Assembly: GCA_030672605.1 (NCBI GenBank)
Contig: DAOVGE010000017.1
Span: forward strand, 1-47,960
Direction of reading: 5' to 3'
Length of the DNA: 47,960 bases
From: Methanosarcinales archaeon
GTDB lineage: Archaea > Halobacteriota > Methanosarcinia > Methanosarcinales > Methanogasteraceae
In this document: in pieces, positions 9,068 through 18,430 of the stretch
Numbering within the stretch: position 1 is the first letter of the stretch
How the letters are laid out: every line of letters starts with the position of its first letter
The notes under the pieces: model-generated
Databases searched by the model: none
Seen by the model: only the letters and a program-made list of their open reading frames with translations
What the model was told of the DNA's origin: nothing
Made by a program: the position numbers and the translations under genes

Positions 9068-9233
9068 TTCCGGGAAGTGAAGCACGATGGATCAGTCACA
9101 TCAGTTGATTATGTGATCGCGCTCGCAGACATTTCCCGCGGCGAATACAGCGGTGATGCAGATATTAACGATGACGGTATGGTCAGCCTCCCTTGATGCG
9201 CTCACAATCCTCAATGCTACGATATTCTTTTGA
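9068..9233 (+). pseudogene. Dockerin-repeat gene fragment with a frameshift
   Basis: It reads DGSVTSVDYVIALADISRGEYSGDADINDDGMVSL, then a stop. A +1 shift at the cctccc run (9188-9193) continues LDALTILNA. Together these form two dockerin/EF-hand-like repeats with no start codon. Confidence 0.45.
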
Positions 9234-9307
9234 TCGTAGAATTTACGAATTATTGTTCTTTCGGAGGAATGGTATCATCGGAACGCGTGGAATCGTATGC
9301 GTGAAAC

Positions 9308-9521
9308 GGCACAATCGAAAATCCCAGTGAAATGCACCCGGAGACTTTTGTTCTTTGTGCCATCGCGTCTTTGCGTCTTTGCGTTATTGTTTTCTAATTT
9401 AACGCAATGGCGCAAGGGCGCAGAGACGCAAAGAGTGTTGCCAATCTCAATCTTCGCGTCTTTTGCGTTGTTGCACATCCAACTGACCATTACGGAAATC
9501 ACTGGATTTCCAGACAGTGCC
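9308..9521 (+). mobile_element. MITE family 1b (family-1 core, different termini)
   Basis: Perfect 9-bp direct duplication GCGTGAAAC at 9299-9307 and 9522-9530. The roughly 25-bp imperfect terminal inverted repeats (TIRs) are ggcacaatcgaaaatcccagtgaaat / ggaaatcactggatttccagacagtgcc. The internal core is gcgtctttgcg...ttaacgca...cgcaaag. Confidence 0.75.
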
Positions 9522-9663
9522 GCGTGAAACGATGAATCGCAATACACAAGCCCGATACTTGAGTGTGGGGTATGATGACTTTGAGGGACTGGCAGGGGTG
9601 TGCGTGGGGGTTGGGGTGGTCGCGTGGCGGAAGGGTTTTGTGAGGTGAATCAAATAATGAAAA

Positions 9664-10530
9664 TTGCGTCAGGTGGCTGAACTTATGGAAAAAGAAATTG
9701 TTGCTAAACTAAATATGGGATTTGAAGAAGCGGCTTATCAAGAAGACGATGTTGAATACTGGCTTGCAAGAGATTTGCAAGTTTTACTTAACTATGCTGA
9801 ATGGAGAAACTTTCTTCAAGTAGTAAAAAAAGCAAAAACCGCATGCGAGAACTCCGACCAACGTATATCTGATCATTTTGTTGACGTCAACAAAACGATA
9901 AACATGCCGAAAGGAGCGACGAAACAAATTGACGACCTAATGCTCACCAGGTATGCATGTTACTTGATTGCTCAAAACGGGGATCCAAGAAAAGAACAAA
10001 TCGCCTTCGCTCAAAGTTATTTTGCCATACAAACACGCAAGCAGGAACTTATAGAAGAACGGATAGAAGTGATAGAACGGTTACAAGCAAGAGAGAAATT
10101 AACAACCACGGAAAAAGAGTTTTCCAAACTCATTTATGAAAGAGGCGTAGATAACCCGGGATTTGGACGAATAAGAAGCAAAGGTGATAAGGCGTTATTT
10201 GGGGGGCATACCACCCTAAATATGAAAAAGAAATTGGGCGTTCCAAAGGGACGGACGTTGGCTGATTTCTTACCTACCATCACTATCAAAGCAAAAGATT
10301 TCGCAACCGAAATCACGAATTTCAATGTTAAAAAAGACGATTTAGTAGGCGAGATGCAAATTACTGGCGAACATGTCAAGAACAACGCTGAAGTGCGGTC
10401 GTTGTTGGTAAAAAGCGATATCATACCTGAAGAATTGTCTCCGGCTGAAGATGCTAAAAAATTGGAACGCAAGGTAAAAGCGGATAGTAAAAAACTATTG
10501 AAAGGCTCAAAACCGCTCCATTTGGAGTGA
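9664..10530 (+). CDS. dinD: DNA damage-inducible protein D family
   Basis: FEEAAYQEDDVEYWLARDLQVLLNYAEWRNF...TRYACYLIAQNGDP matches DinD as I recall it. The gene is visibly AT-rich relative to its neighbours. The likely real start is ATG 9685 (MEKEIV). Confidence 0.75.
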   Translation: MRQVAELMEKEIVAKLNMGFEEAAYQEDDVEYWLARDLQVLLNYAEWRNFLQVVKKAKTACENSDQRISDHFVDVNKTINMPKGATKQIDDLMLTRYACYLIAQNGDPRKEQIAFAQSYFAIQTRKQELIEERIEVIERLQAREKLTTTEKEFSKLIYERGVDNPGFGRIRSKGDKALFGGHTTLNMKKKLGVPKGRTLADFLPTITIKAKDFATEITNFNVKKDDLVGEMQITGEHVKNNAEVRSLLVKSDIIPEELSPAEDAKKLERKVKADSKKLLKGSKPLHLE

Positions 10531-11042
10531 TTATAATATCCATCCCCCGTCCCCTCCACCCCACAGAGACCCCGGACTTCCAGTCCACGCGTGGAATGGG
10601 GGGGGTCGTTCGCGTCATAAAAGAATAAAATTTATATAATATACTTAGTTTCATTGAATTGTAAAAATTGTCTAAACGTATCTTTAGCACTATATAAACC
10701 CTGCATCAAACCTCAACATCCGGAAATTTATCACCATCAGCCATGCTAAAAACCACGACCAGCGTCCGTATTTCGCTATTATAAAGTATTGCTTTCTCTC
10801 CAACTTTGTCGGCGCTACACGCGAGATTGATAAAACGAAACCGCGATGTAGAGGCGGTTACATGTTTTCTTCGTGGCGAAGAGGATCAAGAATGAGTATT
10901 TGTAGTGTCAAAGATACGTCTAAAATTAAGTTGATGAGACAACAATCGGCTCTTCGCTATTCCGTGTGGGTAGTCTGAAACCAAGGTGACCCAACCGGGA
11001 GGAATCATGGTGATGAAATCATGTATTATTCTTTATAGATAA

Positions 11043-11152
11043 TTAACCACAGAGGGCACAGAGGAACGCAGAGTTTTTTTTATTGACTATTACTCGCAAA
11101 TCCCATTTTAAAATAGGTTACATCTCTCTGTGACTCTCTGTGTCCTCTGTAG
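11043..11152. repeat. Family-5 palindromic repeat
   Basis: ttaacCACAGAGggCACAGAGgaACGCAGAG, AT-rich loop, then ctctctgtgactctctgtgtcctctgtag. The motif period is 9 bp. Confidence 0.65.
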
Positions 11153-11402
11153 TTTTATTCTCCATGTTTTATTCCGGGATAGCTCTTCTGCACCGATGCC
11201 CCATTTAGCAGAATGGGTGCTCGTGTTACCCATACAAAACAGCGAAGAACCCAACAATCCCACTTGTAGCATTCGCCCATCCACGAAATTCGTATTATAT
11301 ACTTTGTTTAAAATCAGAGAGCAGTCGAGCACGAATGTCTCTCCTGCTAATGGATAACACAATTATCATCCAATGACCCCAATCTTCGATTTCACCGTCC
11401 AA

Positions 11403-11840
11403 TCATCCGCAAGTATCCTTCAGCTTCTCCATGATGACAGCCGGACACACCTTATGCACGCCCTCCAGCCGCCCGATCTTCTCAGCGATGAAGCTCCCGA
11501 GCGCTCTTCCGTCCTTGAGCCAGATTTCGGTCATGATCATGTGATCGCCTGTTGAGGTTGCGACGAATTTCACCTCAGGAAACTCCGTCATCTTGATTGC
11601 GACATCGAGAAAATGCGTGGGTTCAACATCGAGACCGACAAATGAGACCGAGTTGTATCCGAGTTTTGCAGGATCGACGACGACTGTATATCGTTTTATG
11701 ACGCCTTCATTCTCAAGCGATTTTACGCGCTTTCGTATCATGGATTCGCTGACACCGAGTTTCTCCGCAATATCAGTGAGCGGTGTGCGAGCATTTTCGC
11801 GAAGTATCTCCAGTATCTTCAGGTCTTTTTCGTCAATCAT
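11403..11840 (-). CDS. Lrp/AsnC-family transcriptional regulator
   Basis: [48 protein letters not shown] (HTH) followed by a RAM domain. Start chosen at Met26 of the supplied ORF. Confidence 0.85.
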   Translation of the reverse strand: MIDEKDLKILEILRENARTPLTDIAEKLGVSESMIRKRVKSLENEGVIKRYTVVVDPAKLGYNSVSFVGLDVEPTHFLDVAIKMTEFPEVKFVATSTGDHMIMTEIWLKDGRALGSFIAEKIGRLEGVHKVCPAVIMEKLKDTCG

Positions 11841-11980
11841 TCGTACGTCACCATACCAATTTTCGTAATTCTTCGGAAACATTGCGGACGATTTTCGCAC
11901 CACAACGTTATGCATTCGTGATGTAGTGTCAATAGATTGTGAACCATAAAAAGGTGGCTATCCGGTATCTTGCGTGACAG

Positions 11981-12523
11981 TCATTTCCTCTGCTCGATCA
12001 TATCCCTCAGCACACGCAACTCGCGAACCACCTTATCTCTCGTAGCATCTGCCGGATTATCTTCCCGCTCATACTGTGCGATCAGTTTATACACGTAATC
12101 AAGTTCCGGTCTCGTTGACTGGAAATTCGGTTTATAATCTGGTAATCTTTCGAGCGGGATCACCACGACATCGCCTTTTCTGGTCTCCTCGGGAATTCCA
12201 TTTACCACCAAGATATATGAATATCCGTCGAACCCGAACCTCCTCGCAATATTTCCAGAGGAATCAGCCACTTGTTGTGCTCGTTTTGCGCTCATCCGCC
12301 TGTACGCGGTGACCGAGTCCTTGTACTCGATAAAGAGCATCGATTCATGATTCCAGAGTATGCCGTCGTATTCGATGGGCTGTGCAAACTTCCTGTGCAC
12401 CAGCACATTGAACATGATCCCGCTGCACCATTCTGCGGTGAGGAGGGCTCGGAATCGCTTCTCAGTCTCCTGGATATCCGGACGTGAGACAAGGGTGTAT
12501 GGCTCGCTTCTCAGTTCGATCAT
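11981..12523 (-). CDS. Hypothetical protein, possible PD-(D/E)XK nuclease fold
   Basis: YDGILWNHESMLFIEYKD fits a D...ExK arrangement. No family is recognised. The start is assumed at MIELRS. Confidence 0.45.
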   Translation of the reverse strand: MIELRSEPYTLVSRPDIQETEKRFRALLTAEWCSGIMFNVLVHRKFAQPIEYDGILWNHESMLFIEYKDSVTAYRRMSAKRAQQVADSSGNIARRFGFDGYSYILVVNGIPEETRKGDVVVIPLERLPDYKPNFQSTRPELDYVYKLIAQYEREDNPADATRDKVVRELRVLRDMIEQRK

Positions 12524-12643
12524 GTAATCATCATCGTGCCATCCTTGGTCGCACACTCCTTTATAGATATGCAGCAGAAGCCCCTCGCTACGTGTAGCGG
12601 TGATGGAGTCACAGGCTTCTCTGAACGGATGTTCTCACCAATC

Positions 12644-13879
12644 TCACCGAAGACAGATTGGAGCCAGCTTCAAAAGAGCGCCAACGCTCTTCGTGTTCAT
12701 CAGAAGCTTCCGCAGAACAACGGACGGATAATCCATATCCCCGTACCTCGTGATCAGGTCCAGCAGCTCGTCGTCGTCCAGCACCCTGATCAGCCGGTTG
12801 ATCCCGGAATCACCAAGGCGTGCCATCCACTCGTTGATCCTCTTTCCGATCGCAAGTTCTCGCCCGATCTCAGCTCGCCAGAGTCGATCATACTCATAAA
12901 GCCGCCTTGCGGAGGTATCCCTGTCTCTAATTGCATCTGCGGCAACTCGCCCCGCAATCTTCGCACAGACCGCCCCGGGATATACGCCGCCTCCCGATGT
13001 CGGCTTGACATGCCCTGCAGCGTCACCCGTAATCAGCACGGAATCTGCCGCCGTTCTCTGCAAAACGCCGATCGGAATCCCACCCATCACAAGACCGGTC
13101 ATGCCTGATAGGCACTTCCGGGAGACGACCCGGTGATCAGAGAGTAGCCGCTTCAGGTGCCAGCACGCAGACCCTGATTGTGATTGTGATTGTGATATCG
13201 ATTCCGGTCCCGGATCTGATCCCGGCGTCACGGTCGGTCTGACTGCAAGCCCGATGCGAGCACTCTCATGATATGGAATCGCCCACGCAAAGAACCCGGG
13301 CGCACACGATCCCGGAAATAGCTCCACACAGTCGTAACAATCGAAGTCGTAGACCGTGTTCACCTGTGCGCCGCAGAGGACCTTTTCGAATGTTCCAAGA
13401 CCAGCCCAGCGCGCAATGCTGCTCTGAATCCCGTCTGCGCCGATTACAACGTCCGCCTCAATCACATCAGGCTCGCCCTCGATTGTGACGTGAAGAATTC
13501 TCCTGTTGCCACGAGTCGCAATGCCGCACGCCCGCGTCCGCATGAGAATCTCTGCACCTGACCTGAGCGCGTTCTCTGCGAGCGTGCGGTCAAATAGCCT
13601 GCGATCGACCACATACGCCTTGATCTCACCTCCCGATATGCAGATCCGCCGCCCGTCAGGTGCGTAGACGAACGCACCTGTTATTGGATGACACCCCTTG
13701 TCGGGACGGACCTCGCATGCATCGATCGCTTTTGTGCTCAGCAGTCCTGCACACTGCACAGGCGACCCAATGGATGCATGCTCTTCAATTATGAGCGTCT
13801 TCGCCCCGTTTTTTGCGGCGTATTTCGCTGCCAGACAGCCAGCAGGACCGGCTCCGACCACGACGACATCGTAATCCAT
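12644..13879 (-). CDS. Geranylgeranyl reductase-family flavoprotein (archaeal lipid saturation type)
   Basis: N-terminal FAD fold YDVVVVGAGPAGC...EEH and GDAAG-type motif ITGDAAGHV. 411 aa. Confidence 0.85.
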   Translation of the reverse strand: MDYDVVVVGAGPAGCLAAKYAAKNGAKTLIIEEHASIGSPVQCAGLLSTKAIDACEVRPDKGCHPITGAFVYAPDGRRICISGGEIKAYVVDRRLFDRTLAENALRSGAEILMRTRACGIATRGNRRILHVTIEGEPDVIEADVVIGADGIQSSIARWAGLGTFEKVLCGAQVNTVYDFDCYDCVELFPGSCAPGFFAWAIPYHESARIGLAVRPTVTPGSDPGPESISQSQSQSGSACWHLKRLLSDHRVVSRKCLSGMTGLVMGGIPIGVLQRTAADSVLITGDAAGHVKPTSGGGVYPGAVCAKIAGRVAADAIRDRDTSARRLYEYDRLWRAEIGRELAIGKRINEWMARLGDSGINRLIRVLDDDELLDLITRYGDMDYPSVVLRKLLMNTKSVGALLKLAPICLR

Positions 13880-13997
13880 GATTAGAGTGATGTTGAGCGA
13901 TTTTTAGTCAGATGTGAGAGATATTATTCTTCATTGATGGCAGAGCCGGCATAAGTCTTTCTGAATGCAACAGTACTTTATTATTTTCCGGAACATG

Positions 13998-14084
13998 GGA
14001 GACTTTTCATTATTTTCTGGCTACACCGGATTGTCTTATGTAAGAATAACTGCCAGAATGTGACATTATCGATCTGAAAAGTCA
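13998..14084. repeat. Family-6 short inverted-repeat element, next to a solo family-3 terminus at 14094-14114
   Basis: gagacttttcattattttctgg ... ccagaatg...ctgaaaagtcat. The same left end occurs at 28963. catgcactcaataacttgtgg resembles the family-3 end. Confidence 0.45.
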
Positions 14085-14190
14085 TTTACACGCATGCACT
14101 CAATAACTTGTGGTCAGCTAAACACGTTCATGTATAGAAATAGCCGATCAAAACGATGATTTGATTACGCACTGAACCAATATCAGAAGC

Positions 14191-14688
14191 ATGATCGATT
14201 TTATCGTTGGACTCTTCGGATCGGTACCACCACCTGTTGCAACCGTCCTGATCGCTGCGATGCCGATCGCGGAACTGCGCGGGGCAATCCCAGTGGCTAT
14301 CGGGGTGTATGGAATGGATCCGTTGACTGCGTACACTCTCGCAGTGATCGGGAACATGCTTCCGGTCGTTCCGCTCCTGCTCTTTCTTGAATCAGTCTCC
14401 GGTTATCTGCGGCGATGGGTTTTCTGGGATGTATTCTTCAGATGGTTATTTACGCGCACATACCACCGGCACAACGCGAAATTCGAAAAATACGGAACAA
14501 TCGCGCTCCTTTTATTTGTTGCGATCCCTCTGCCGGTCACGGGCGCATGGACCGGATGCGCAGCAGCCTTTGTATTCGGGATACAGTTCAGACACGCGTT
14601 TGTTGCGATCCTTTCGGGGGTTATGCTCGCCGGAGTCATCGTAACAAGCATCACACTCGGTGGTGTTGGCGTTTTGAACCTCTTTTAG
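14191..14688 (+). CDS. Small multidrug-export-like membrane protein (COG2426-type)
   Basis: 165 aa, about 4-5 TM helices. The N-terminal PIAELRGAIPVAI motif is characteristic of this family as I recall it. Confidence 0.6.
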   Translation: MIDFIVGLFGSVPPPVATVLIAAMPIAELRGAIPVAIGVYGMDPLTAYTLAVIGNMLPVVPLLLFLESVSGYLRRWVFWDVFFRWLFTRTYHRHNAKFEKYGTIALLLFVAIPLPVTGAWTGCAAAFVFGIQFRHAFVAILSGVMLAGVIVTSITLGGVGVLNLF

Positions 14689-14705
14689 CTTGTGGATTCG
14701 GTCTT

Positions 14706-15449
14706 TTAGAACTCGAGATACGGCGATTGCGAGAGTACCTTTATACCATCGTTTGATAGCTCCAGAACACGCACCTGATTGACGATAGTCGAGCCACGGT
14801 GCTTCGCCACATGGACTGAGCGCTGGAGGTTATTTCCCACACGCACCATGCCTATGTTTGTAATCGAGTCGGCGCTGTATGCAATGATCTCATCCACGCC
14901 ATAGATTACGCCGGTTGCGATGATGCATGTGGCAGGAGCCTTCCGCAGGACGTTGAAGACGTCGTCCACCAGACTCTTCAGCCGATACTTCGAATCTATA
15001 GCCAGAAACAGCGCTTCAAGCGAGTCAATGAAGATTAAATCCGGATTTACAGTCTCTATCTTGTTTTCGAGCAGTTTCTTGAAGCTCTTGATCAGTTCGT
15101 CCGGCGCAATCTCCACGGTCTTCTGCAACCGCAGATCCGGATCCGCTATATCGACAAAGGTTACGTCTCCTTCCTCTTCGAGTTTCCAGAAATCCCAGCC
15201 GAATGATGTGTACCACTCTCTCCGTATATACTCGGTCTCCTCTGATGTGAGGACGACCATCCCTTTCTTACCACGTTTAGCACCTTCATGTATGAATTCT
15301 CCACCGAAAACCGTTTTGCCGGTGCCTGTTCCGCCGATGACCACATTCACGGACCCCTTAAAGAAACCGCCTCCAAGTAGCTCATCGTATCCGGGTATGC
15401 CAGTCTCCACACGTTCCATTACTCGTTCATCATGCATCATGATCACCAC
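14706..15449 (-). CDS. KaiC/RecA-superfamily ATPase (single domain, intact P-loop)
   Basis: GIPGYDELLGGGF...VIGGTGTGKT (Walker A) and LIFIDSLEAL (Walker B-like). Confidence 0.8.
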   Translation of the reverse strand: MVIMMHDERVMERVETGIPGYDELLGGGFFKGSVNVVIGGTGTGKTVFGGEFIHEGAKRGKKGMVVLTSEETEYIRREWYTSFGWDFWKLEEEGDVTFVDIADPDLRLQKTVEIAPDELIKSFKKLLENKIETVNPDLIFIDSLEALFLAIDSKYRLKSLVDDVFNVLRKAPATCIIATGVIYGVDEIIAYSADSITNIGMVRVGNNLQRSVHVAKHRGSTIVNQVRVLELSNDGIKVLSQSPYLEF

Positions 15450-15483
15450 GTTTTCATTTTATACTGCTCACTGAAATACTTTT

Positions 15484-17643
15484 TCATGAGCACATTTTCG
15501 CCCGGTATATCCGATTCAGTCCCAGATACACGCACTCGAAGTAATCCTCGTCCTCGAACTTGTCCACACCCCTGCCATAGCGCGCACGTTCGGTCGATCC
15601 GATGTAGATGTAACTAACATTATATTGATTCATTAAATCAATTGCGAGTTGCGTACTCTGTGTGTCATAGATTGTGTTCACGTCCTCTGTTCTGGTGCTT
15701 ATCTCACACCAGCCATCCGGCCCGCGCCACATCAATTCATGCCCGCGCCAGCCGATTATAGTCGGAAGACCTGTGAATGCCGAGATTCTTGAATCCGTGG
15801 AGTAGCAGTTCCCTGGCGCCTCCACGATTGCCGGCGTTCCCGCAATTTCCCTGCGAATCCACATAATCGCCGTATAATCTCCCCGATCCGCGCCATCCGC
15901 GCCATCCGATCCATTCAGATACACAATTCCGTTCAGTGTCGGTGGGTTGTGATGAAATCCGATCCGCTCGGATGTGGCAGTGAACGGAAATATGCAGCAG
16001 GACAGTAGGAGTATGCAGAATAGAACCTTCCAGCCAGTTCCAATGGCGCGGCTGATGCGTTTCAGCACGGACTTGATAGGGTATACGCAGTATCCGGATG
16101 CAATCCCCCACATTACCCATATCTGGAGATACAACTTGAAGACGGTATTCATGCGCTCGTTTGGCGCGCCAAGGTTGTCATCGAGGTAGAAGACCTCGCA
16201 GAAGAGGGCGAGCAGCGCGCCGGTTAGTATAAGAATCAGAACGAATAGGCTATTCTCGGTGTTCTCTGCCTCTTCTGTCCTTTCTGTCCTTTCGGTCTCT
16301 TCTGCACTATATCGGAATAAATGGACGCACAGCAAAATCAGCGGAACGATTATGAGCAATGTCTGAAAGATCAGCAGCGAAAGGAGAGTTATCGGGATTA
16401 ACGCAATCACATACTTTCTATCAAAGTTTGGGTGCAGAAACAGGAATGAAAACATCAGGAATAAGAATAGTGCAAATATCTCGACGAAATTGAGGAGTGA
16501 CGTCTGTTGTTGCACGATTCCGATCCCGATTCCGGATGCGCCGGTTCCCTGAAAATCCATGTAGAACGGGGCGTATAGGAGGATGCTCAGAATCGAAACG
16601 ACCATGATCGGCATCAGTGCGTCTCTGATGCGAGCAGCGCGGCATTGCCGGATCAGAACCGCAATTGCGAAGAGAAACAGGTATGCTGGATAATCCCACG
16701 CATTGATCAGAAATAATGCGCCGATTGCCAGCGCGAGGAGGATCATTTCGGCGGCAGTCTCCCGATTTCCGGGTCTGTGTTTGCATTTGCAGGTATTCAA
16801 GATCAGCGTCAACGCAAGTAACTGGAACGGAATTGAGATGACATGCGGGTGCAGGTCTCCGAAGATGAAACTGAAGTACGGAAATTCGTTGATCGTATTG
16901 GGTATGATCCTTGTTGACGCCCAGCACCCGAACAGATGCGTGTGGCTGGCTGTGGGTAGGTGCAGGAGACCACCTGCCAGATTAAAGACGATGTATGGGT
17001 TTGCGATGAATACGACGAAGATCGTTGTCCACATCCCATATCCAACCTTCTTTGTTAGATTGTATCCGATTCCAAAGGCTGCGCTTGCTGCGAGCGCCGA
17101 GAATGTGACCAGCCCGAGATTGTACGCGATGGTTGAGGGCACACCTGAGAGTTTGCTCAACGTGGCAACGATCAGATATCCAAAATAATAATAAAAATTC
17201 AGCAATCCTCCGGCAAACCATGGATCATGCGGTGGAAAGTGGCTGCTGCGCATAACCGCATTCAGAAATGCAAAATCCATGTATTTCTCTCCAAAATCGG
17301 TGATCTCCGGGTTGTGCGCTCGTATCACAAGAAAAATCATGAAGACTGTCAAGAACAGAACTTCGTTTCTGATGATGATCTCTTTTTTGACGCGCGGCAT
17401 GTTTTTGATGCAGAGCAACGACGCAACCATGATTGCTGCCACGGCTATCAGAATTGCACTCCTGTTAAAGGATAGGGGGTATGAAAGGATCCATGTAAGG
17501 TATGTCAGTAGCAGTAGCCCGACGACCTTTGAGATGCAATAACCGTGATCAGCGAGGTTTTTGCAGACCATCGAGACGATGGGGAACGTTATTATGCCGA
17601 TTACAAGCACAAGCACGTACCAGACCACTGTCTCGATTACCAT
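15484..17643 (-). CDS. DUF2298 / YYY-motif polytopic membrane protein
   Basis: 719 aa with many TM helices and the signature LLNFYYYFGY. It contains an acidic loop insert AEETERTERTEEAENTE encoded by a short tandem repeat. Confidence 0.75.
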   Translation of the reverse strand: MVIETVVWYVLVLVIGIITFPIVSMVCKNLADHGYCISKVVGLLLLTYLTWILSYPLSFNRSAILIAVAAIMVASLLCIKNMPRVKKEIIIRNEVLFLTVFMIFLVIRAHNPEITDFGEKYMDFAFLNAVMRSSHFPPHDPWFAGGLLNFYYYFGYLIVATLSKLSGVPSTIAYNLGLVTFSALAASAAFGIGYNLTKKVGYGMWTTIFVVFIANPYIVFNLAGGLLHLPTASHTHLFGCWASTRIIPNTINEFPYFSFIFGDLHPHVISIPFQLLALTLILNTCKCKHRPGNRETAAEMILLALAIGALFLINAWDYPAYLFLFAIAVLIRQCRAARIRDALMPIMVVSILSILLYAPFYMDFQGTGASGIGIGIVQQQTSLLNFVEIFALFLFLMFSFLFLHPNFDRKYVIALIPITLLSLLIFQTLLIIVPLILLCVHLFRYSAEETERTERTEEAENTENSLFVLILILTGALLALFCEVFYLDDNLGAPNERMNTVFKLYLQIWVMWGIASGYCVYPIKSVLKRISRAIGTGWKVLFCILLLSCCIFPFTATSERIGFHHNPPTLNGIVYLNGSDGADGADRGDYTAIMWIRREIAGTPAIVEAPGNCYSTDSRISAFTGLPTIIGWRGHELMWRGPDGWCEISTRTEDVNTIYDTQSTQLAIDLMNQYNVSYIYIGSTERARYGRGVDKFEDEDYFECVYLGLNRIYRAKMCS

Positions 17644-17678
17644 GTGATATTATATGGCATAGAGGTTAATAGCATTTC

Positions 17679-17969
17679 ATGGCTGGTACTGCGGCTATCA
17701 ATTCGATGGATATGGAGTTGGCAATACGGCTCATAATCGAATTGTTCTGGATATATGCATGCATCTACGCAGTCCGATCAACGAAACTGATCTACTGGAA
17801 GCAGTGCTGGTACATAATCTTAGCCGGCTGTTTGATCCACGCCATGTATATAATGGTCGCGCTTGCCGTAGACACCCCTTACGCAGGCGCAATCAGAAAC
17901 GTCGGGATGGCGGTCGTTGCCATCGGGATTATGATGCTTGCGCGAAGGATGAAAGCGATCATGGGGTAG
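17679..17969 (+). CDS. Hypothetical small membrane protein
   Basis: 96-aa ORF with about 3 hydrophobic helices. No family is recognised. The start is probably downstream at MDMEL or MEL. Confidence 0.35.
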   Translation: MAGTAAINSMDMELAIRLIIELFWIYACIYAVRSTKLIYWKQCWYIILAGCLIHAMYIMVALAVDTPYAGAIRNVGMAVVAIGIMMLARRMKAIMG

Positions 17970-17977
17970 ACGTACAC

Positions 17978-18373
17978 TCAATCATCAGGGAGTAACTTTG
18001 ACAGTTCATCGTATGTATCAAGCAAAAATATGGTCAGTGGCTTCTCCTCGTCCAGTGTGAAGGTACGAATCTGTTTTCCCACCTTCTTTTCGGTGATGAT
18101 CTCGATTGCGAGCAGTGGTTCGATCACTCTTGAGACACTCGAATGCGAAAGCCCGGTCTCCTCTGCGATTCCTGAGAGGTACGTGAATGTGCCTCTGTTC
18201 TTTATAAGATTCTCCAGAACGATCATCTGCGCCGTTCTCCCGAATACTTTTTCAAGCGCGCTCATATATTCATGTATGAGCACATTATTTATAAAATTAT
18301 CCGCTTTTGGGTTTGATGAGGCTGTGTTACGGCGTGTCTTTTGATCAATCGGCGTGCGGGATGACTGTCCCAC
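17978..18373 (-). CDS. Winged-helix DNA-binding transcriptional regulator
   Basis: TYLSGIAEETGLSHSSVSRVIEPL helix-turn-helix segment. Divergent from the acyl-CoA synthetase gene. Confidence 0.6.
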   Translation of the reverse strand: MGQSSRTPIDQKTRRNTASSNPKADNFINNVLIHEYMSALEKVFGRTAQMIVLENLIKNRGTFTYLSGIAEETGLSHSSVSRVIEPLLAIEIITEKKVGKQIRTFTLDEEKPLTIFLLDTYDELSKLLPDD

Positions 18374-18430
18374 GGGAAACCAATAAGCCGGATGGCAGAT
18401 ATTGCTGGTATGCCCCTATAAAAGCGGTGA

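Noticed and set aside
10588-11402. ORFs 10454-10690 (-), 11108-11362 (-) and 11130-11357 (+), plus a start-less frame ending ...EIRTLVVVFSMADGDKFPDVEV (about 10720-10860, minus strand) that looked vaguely toxin/antitoxin-like.
   Set aside because: There are no start codons or motifs. The two ORFs around 11108-11362 (opposite strands) overlap each other and a family-5 repeat. The region is treated as decayed or non-coding DNA.
18416-18424. ctataaaag as the promoter TATA box of the acyl-CoA synthetase gene.
   Set aside because: It lies only about 20 bp before the ATG at 18440 (about 10 bp before GTG 18431), which is too close for the usual -26/-27 spacing even for a leaderless mRNA. It could instead serve the divergent regulator gene, so it was not called.
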